NCBI RefSeq assembly: GCF_009834535.1
Contig: NC_045697.1
Coordinates: forward strand, 1,862,001 to 1,926,000
Origin: Camelus ferus
Taxonomy: Eukaryota
Length of the DNA stretch: 64,000 nucleotides
Direction: 5' to 3'
The position numbers were made by a program, and so were the translations under genes. Position 1 is the first letter of the stretch, and every line of letters begins with the position of its first letter. Below the pieces are notes generated by a model. That model made no database searches. It was not told the origin of the DNA and saw nothing but the letters and a program-made list of their open reading frames with translations. Below are positions 11,940 through 64,000 of this stretch, piece by piece.

Positions 11940-13425
11940 TCTTTTTCAGATTCTTTTCCTTTATAGGTTATTACAAGATACTGAATATAGTTCCCTGTGC
12001 TGTACAGTAGGTCTTCGTTGTTTATTTTATATATAGTGGTATGTATCTCTTAATCCCAAATTCCAAATTTATCCCTCCCCCTCCCCTTTCCCTTTTGGTA
12101 ACCGTAAGTTTGTTTTCTATGTCTGTGAGTCTGTTTCTGTTTTGTAGATAAGTTCATTTGTATCATTTTTAGATTCCACAAGTAAATCATATAATATGAT
12201 ATTTGTCTTTCTCTGTCTGACTTCACTTAGTATGATCATCTTGAGGTCCATCCATTTTGCTGCAAATGTCATTATTTCATTCTTTTTTATGGCTGAGTAG
12301 TATTCCACTGTGTACATACACCACATCTTCTTTATCCAGTCATCTGTTGATAGACATTTAGGTTGCTTCCATGTTCTTGGCTATTGTAAACAGTGCTGCT
12401 GTGAACATTGGGGTATGTGCATCCTTTTGAATTAGAGTTTTTTTCTTTTTCGGATATATGCCCAGGAGTGGGATTGCTGGATCATATCGTAAGTCTATTT
12501 TTAGTTTTTGAAAGAACTTCCATATTGGTTTCCATAGTGGCTGTACCAGTTTACATTCCCATCAACAGTGTAGGAGGGTTCCCTTTTCTCCACACCCTCT
12601 CCAGCATTTACTATTTGTAGACTTAAAAAAATTTTTTTTTAAATTGAAGTACAGCCAGTTTACAATGTTGTGTCAATTTCTGGTGTATTTATGGACTTTT
12701 TGGTGATGGCCGTTCTGACCGATGTGAGGTGGTACGTCATTGTAGTTTTGATTTACATCTCTCTAGTAATTAGTGATGTTGAGCGTCTTTTCATGTACCT
12801 GTTGTCCATCTGCATGTCTTCTTTGGAGAAATGTCTAGGTCTTCTGCCCATTTTTTGGTTGGCTTGTTTGTTTTTTTGATATTGAGCTGTATGAGCTGAT
12901 TGTATATTTTGGGAATGAATCCTTTGTCAGTCACATTGTTTGCAAATATTTTCTCCTGTCCTGTAGGTTGTCTTTTCATCTTGTTTATGGTTTCCTTTGC
13001 TGTGCTAAAGCTTCTAAGTTTAATTAGGTCCTATTTGTTTATTTTTGCTTTTGTTTCCATTACTGTAGGAGATGGACTGAAACTTATGTCAGAGTGTCCT
13101 GCTTACGTTTTCCCCCAGGAGTCTTATGCTATCTGGTCTTGTGGTTAGGTCTTTAATCCCTTTTGCGCTTATGTGTGTGTATGGTGTTAGGGGAGGTTCT
13201 AATTTCATTCTTCCACAGGTGGCTGTCCAGCTTTCCCAGCACCACTTGTCGCAGAGGCTGTCTTTTCTCCATTGTGTGTTCTTGCCTCCTTTGTCACAGG
13301 TTAATTGACCAAGAGTGTGTGGGTTTATCTCTGAGCTCTCTATTCTGTTCCACTGACCTCTGTGTCTGCTTTGTGCCAGCACCATGCTGTTTTGATTACT
13401 GTAGCTTTGCAGTATAGTCTGAGGC
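11833..13425 (-). mobile_element. Younger lineage-level L1, 5'-truncated (3' UTR plus ORF2 C-terminal remnant)
   Basis: T-tail then aattgaagtatagttgatttacaat; minus-strand peptides [33 protein letters not shown] and QWNRIESSEINPH...KDSLCDKWCWESW are L1 ORF2-like; (TG)n(TA)n at about 11900-11939. Confidence 0.92.
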
Positions 13426-13854
13426 CATGCCCTGACTTTTCTATGGAGCCGTGTTGTATAGGAAACCCTGGATTGGGCTCATCCCCACCTCCCTCGTCTT
13501 CCTGATCAGGCTGTTTATCTTCTGTCATTTGGCTAAGAAGTCTTGCTAGGAGGCTTTTGAGAAAGGCTCTGAGCATGGGGCCTATTTCTTGCTGTTTGGT
13601 GGTATAGAAGCAATAAGCTGTTGTCAGACAGTATTTTATACCTAATCGTGTGAGGTCCGTGTGGTGTGCTGACTGCTGTCAGTTAATGGGAACTGGGGGA
13701 GTGGATGCAGCTTGGCACACACGGTATGTGTGGTAGGATTGTGCCTCATTGAGTCACATGCGCCCTCGTCAGCGTCATCTTGGATGAGCACTGTTTGCAC
13801 TGCAGTTTCTCCTTTCTAACGTGGAGAACCAGGTGCCTTCGCAACATCCCTTGA

Positions 13855-63474
<49,620 letters not shown>

Positions 63475-64000
63475 TAAAAAGATGCTCGTTCACACATTTC
63501 AAAGGCTTGTTGATGTTTTTCTTAGGATTTGTAGGTGACACACATACAGATAAGTAACTTAGGCCTTTGGGATGTGAGTCAGTTTTCTCAACTTCACCTT
63601 TCAGCTTTGTTTACGTCGCTTCCATCACACAAAAATTTAGGATTTTCATTGGCAAGATGAGCCCTTTATGGCTTGGCGGTGCTGTGTCTGGGCGCCGCGT
63701 GACTGCCCGACATGCAGGGACCCACTAGAAGGACCCACAGCTCTGACTCTTCAGCACTGTGATGAGGACACAGCCACACCTGGGGGAGGCGACCTGGGCG
63801 GGGTCTGGAGCAGTCTCCCCCGCGAGGGCCGCATGGAGCACACTTGTCCCCCAGCTACGGAAACGCTGCCACGTGCAGGTTACAGAGGCCCCTCTGCCCG
63901 CACACCCAGGCTCACCCGAACGCACGCCGAGGGAGTGCGTGCTTAGTCAGCCGCCGTTTATTCACACGGTCCAGGCGCTGTGAACCGCCTGCTTGCCAGG

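Noticed and set aside
12117..13385. L1 ORF2-like peptides as an active retrotransposon
   Set aside because: Only short C-terminal fragments in different frames; the element is 5'-truncated and interrupted.

Overview
Mammalian genomic DNA lying entirely inside the huntingtin (HTT) gene on the + strand. The window starts in intron 1, so exon 1 and its CAG/polyQ tract are not present, and it ends in intron 28. I mapped 27 consecutive coding exons (2-28 by human numbering), all with AG/GT boundaries. Their lengths and phases match the human structure as I recall it, with two exceptions: exon 12 is 21 nt longer (in frame) and exon 26 is 1 nt longer (an apparent frameshift giving a premature stop). 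Two tRNA-Ala-like SINEs resembling camelid vic-1, with no recognisable Alu, Bov-tA, PRE-1 or SINEC, suggest a camel, alpaca or llama genome. Introns contain L1, L2, MLT1, a solo ERV1 (MER41-like) LTR and hAT/Tigger MITEs, several nested with visible target-site duplications. I found no evidence of a new biological system. The best leads are the exon 26 frameshift, the solo LTR beside exon 2, a consensus CTCF site in intron 6, unusual splice acceptors and a GC-biased divergence pattern. Repeat family names and human comparisons come from recall, not database searches.
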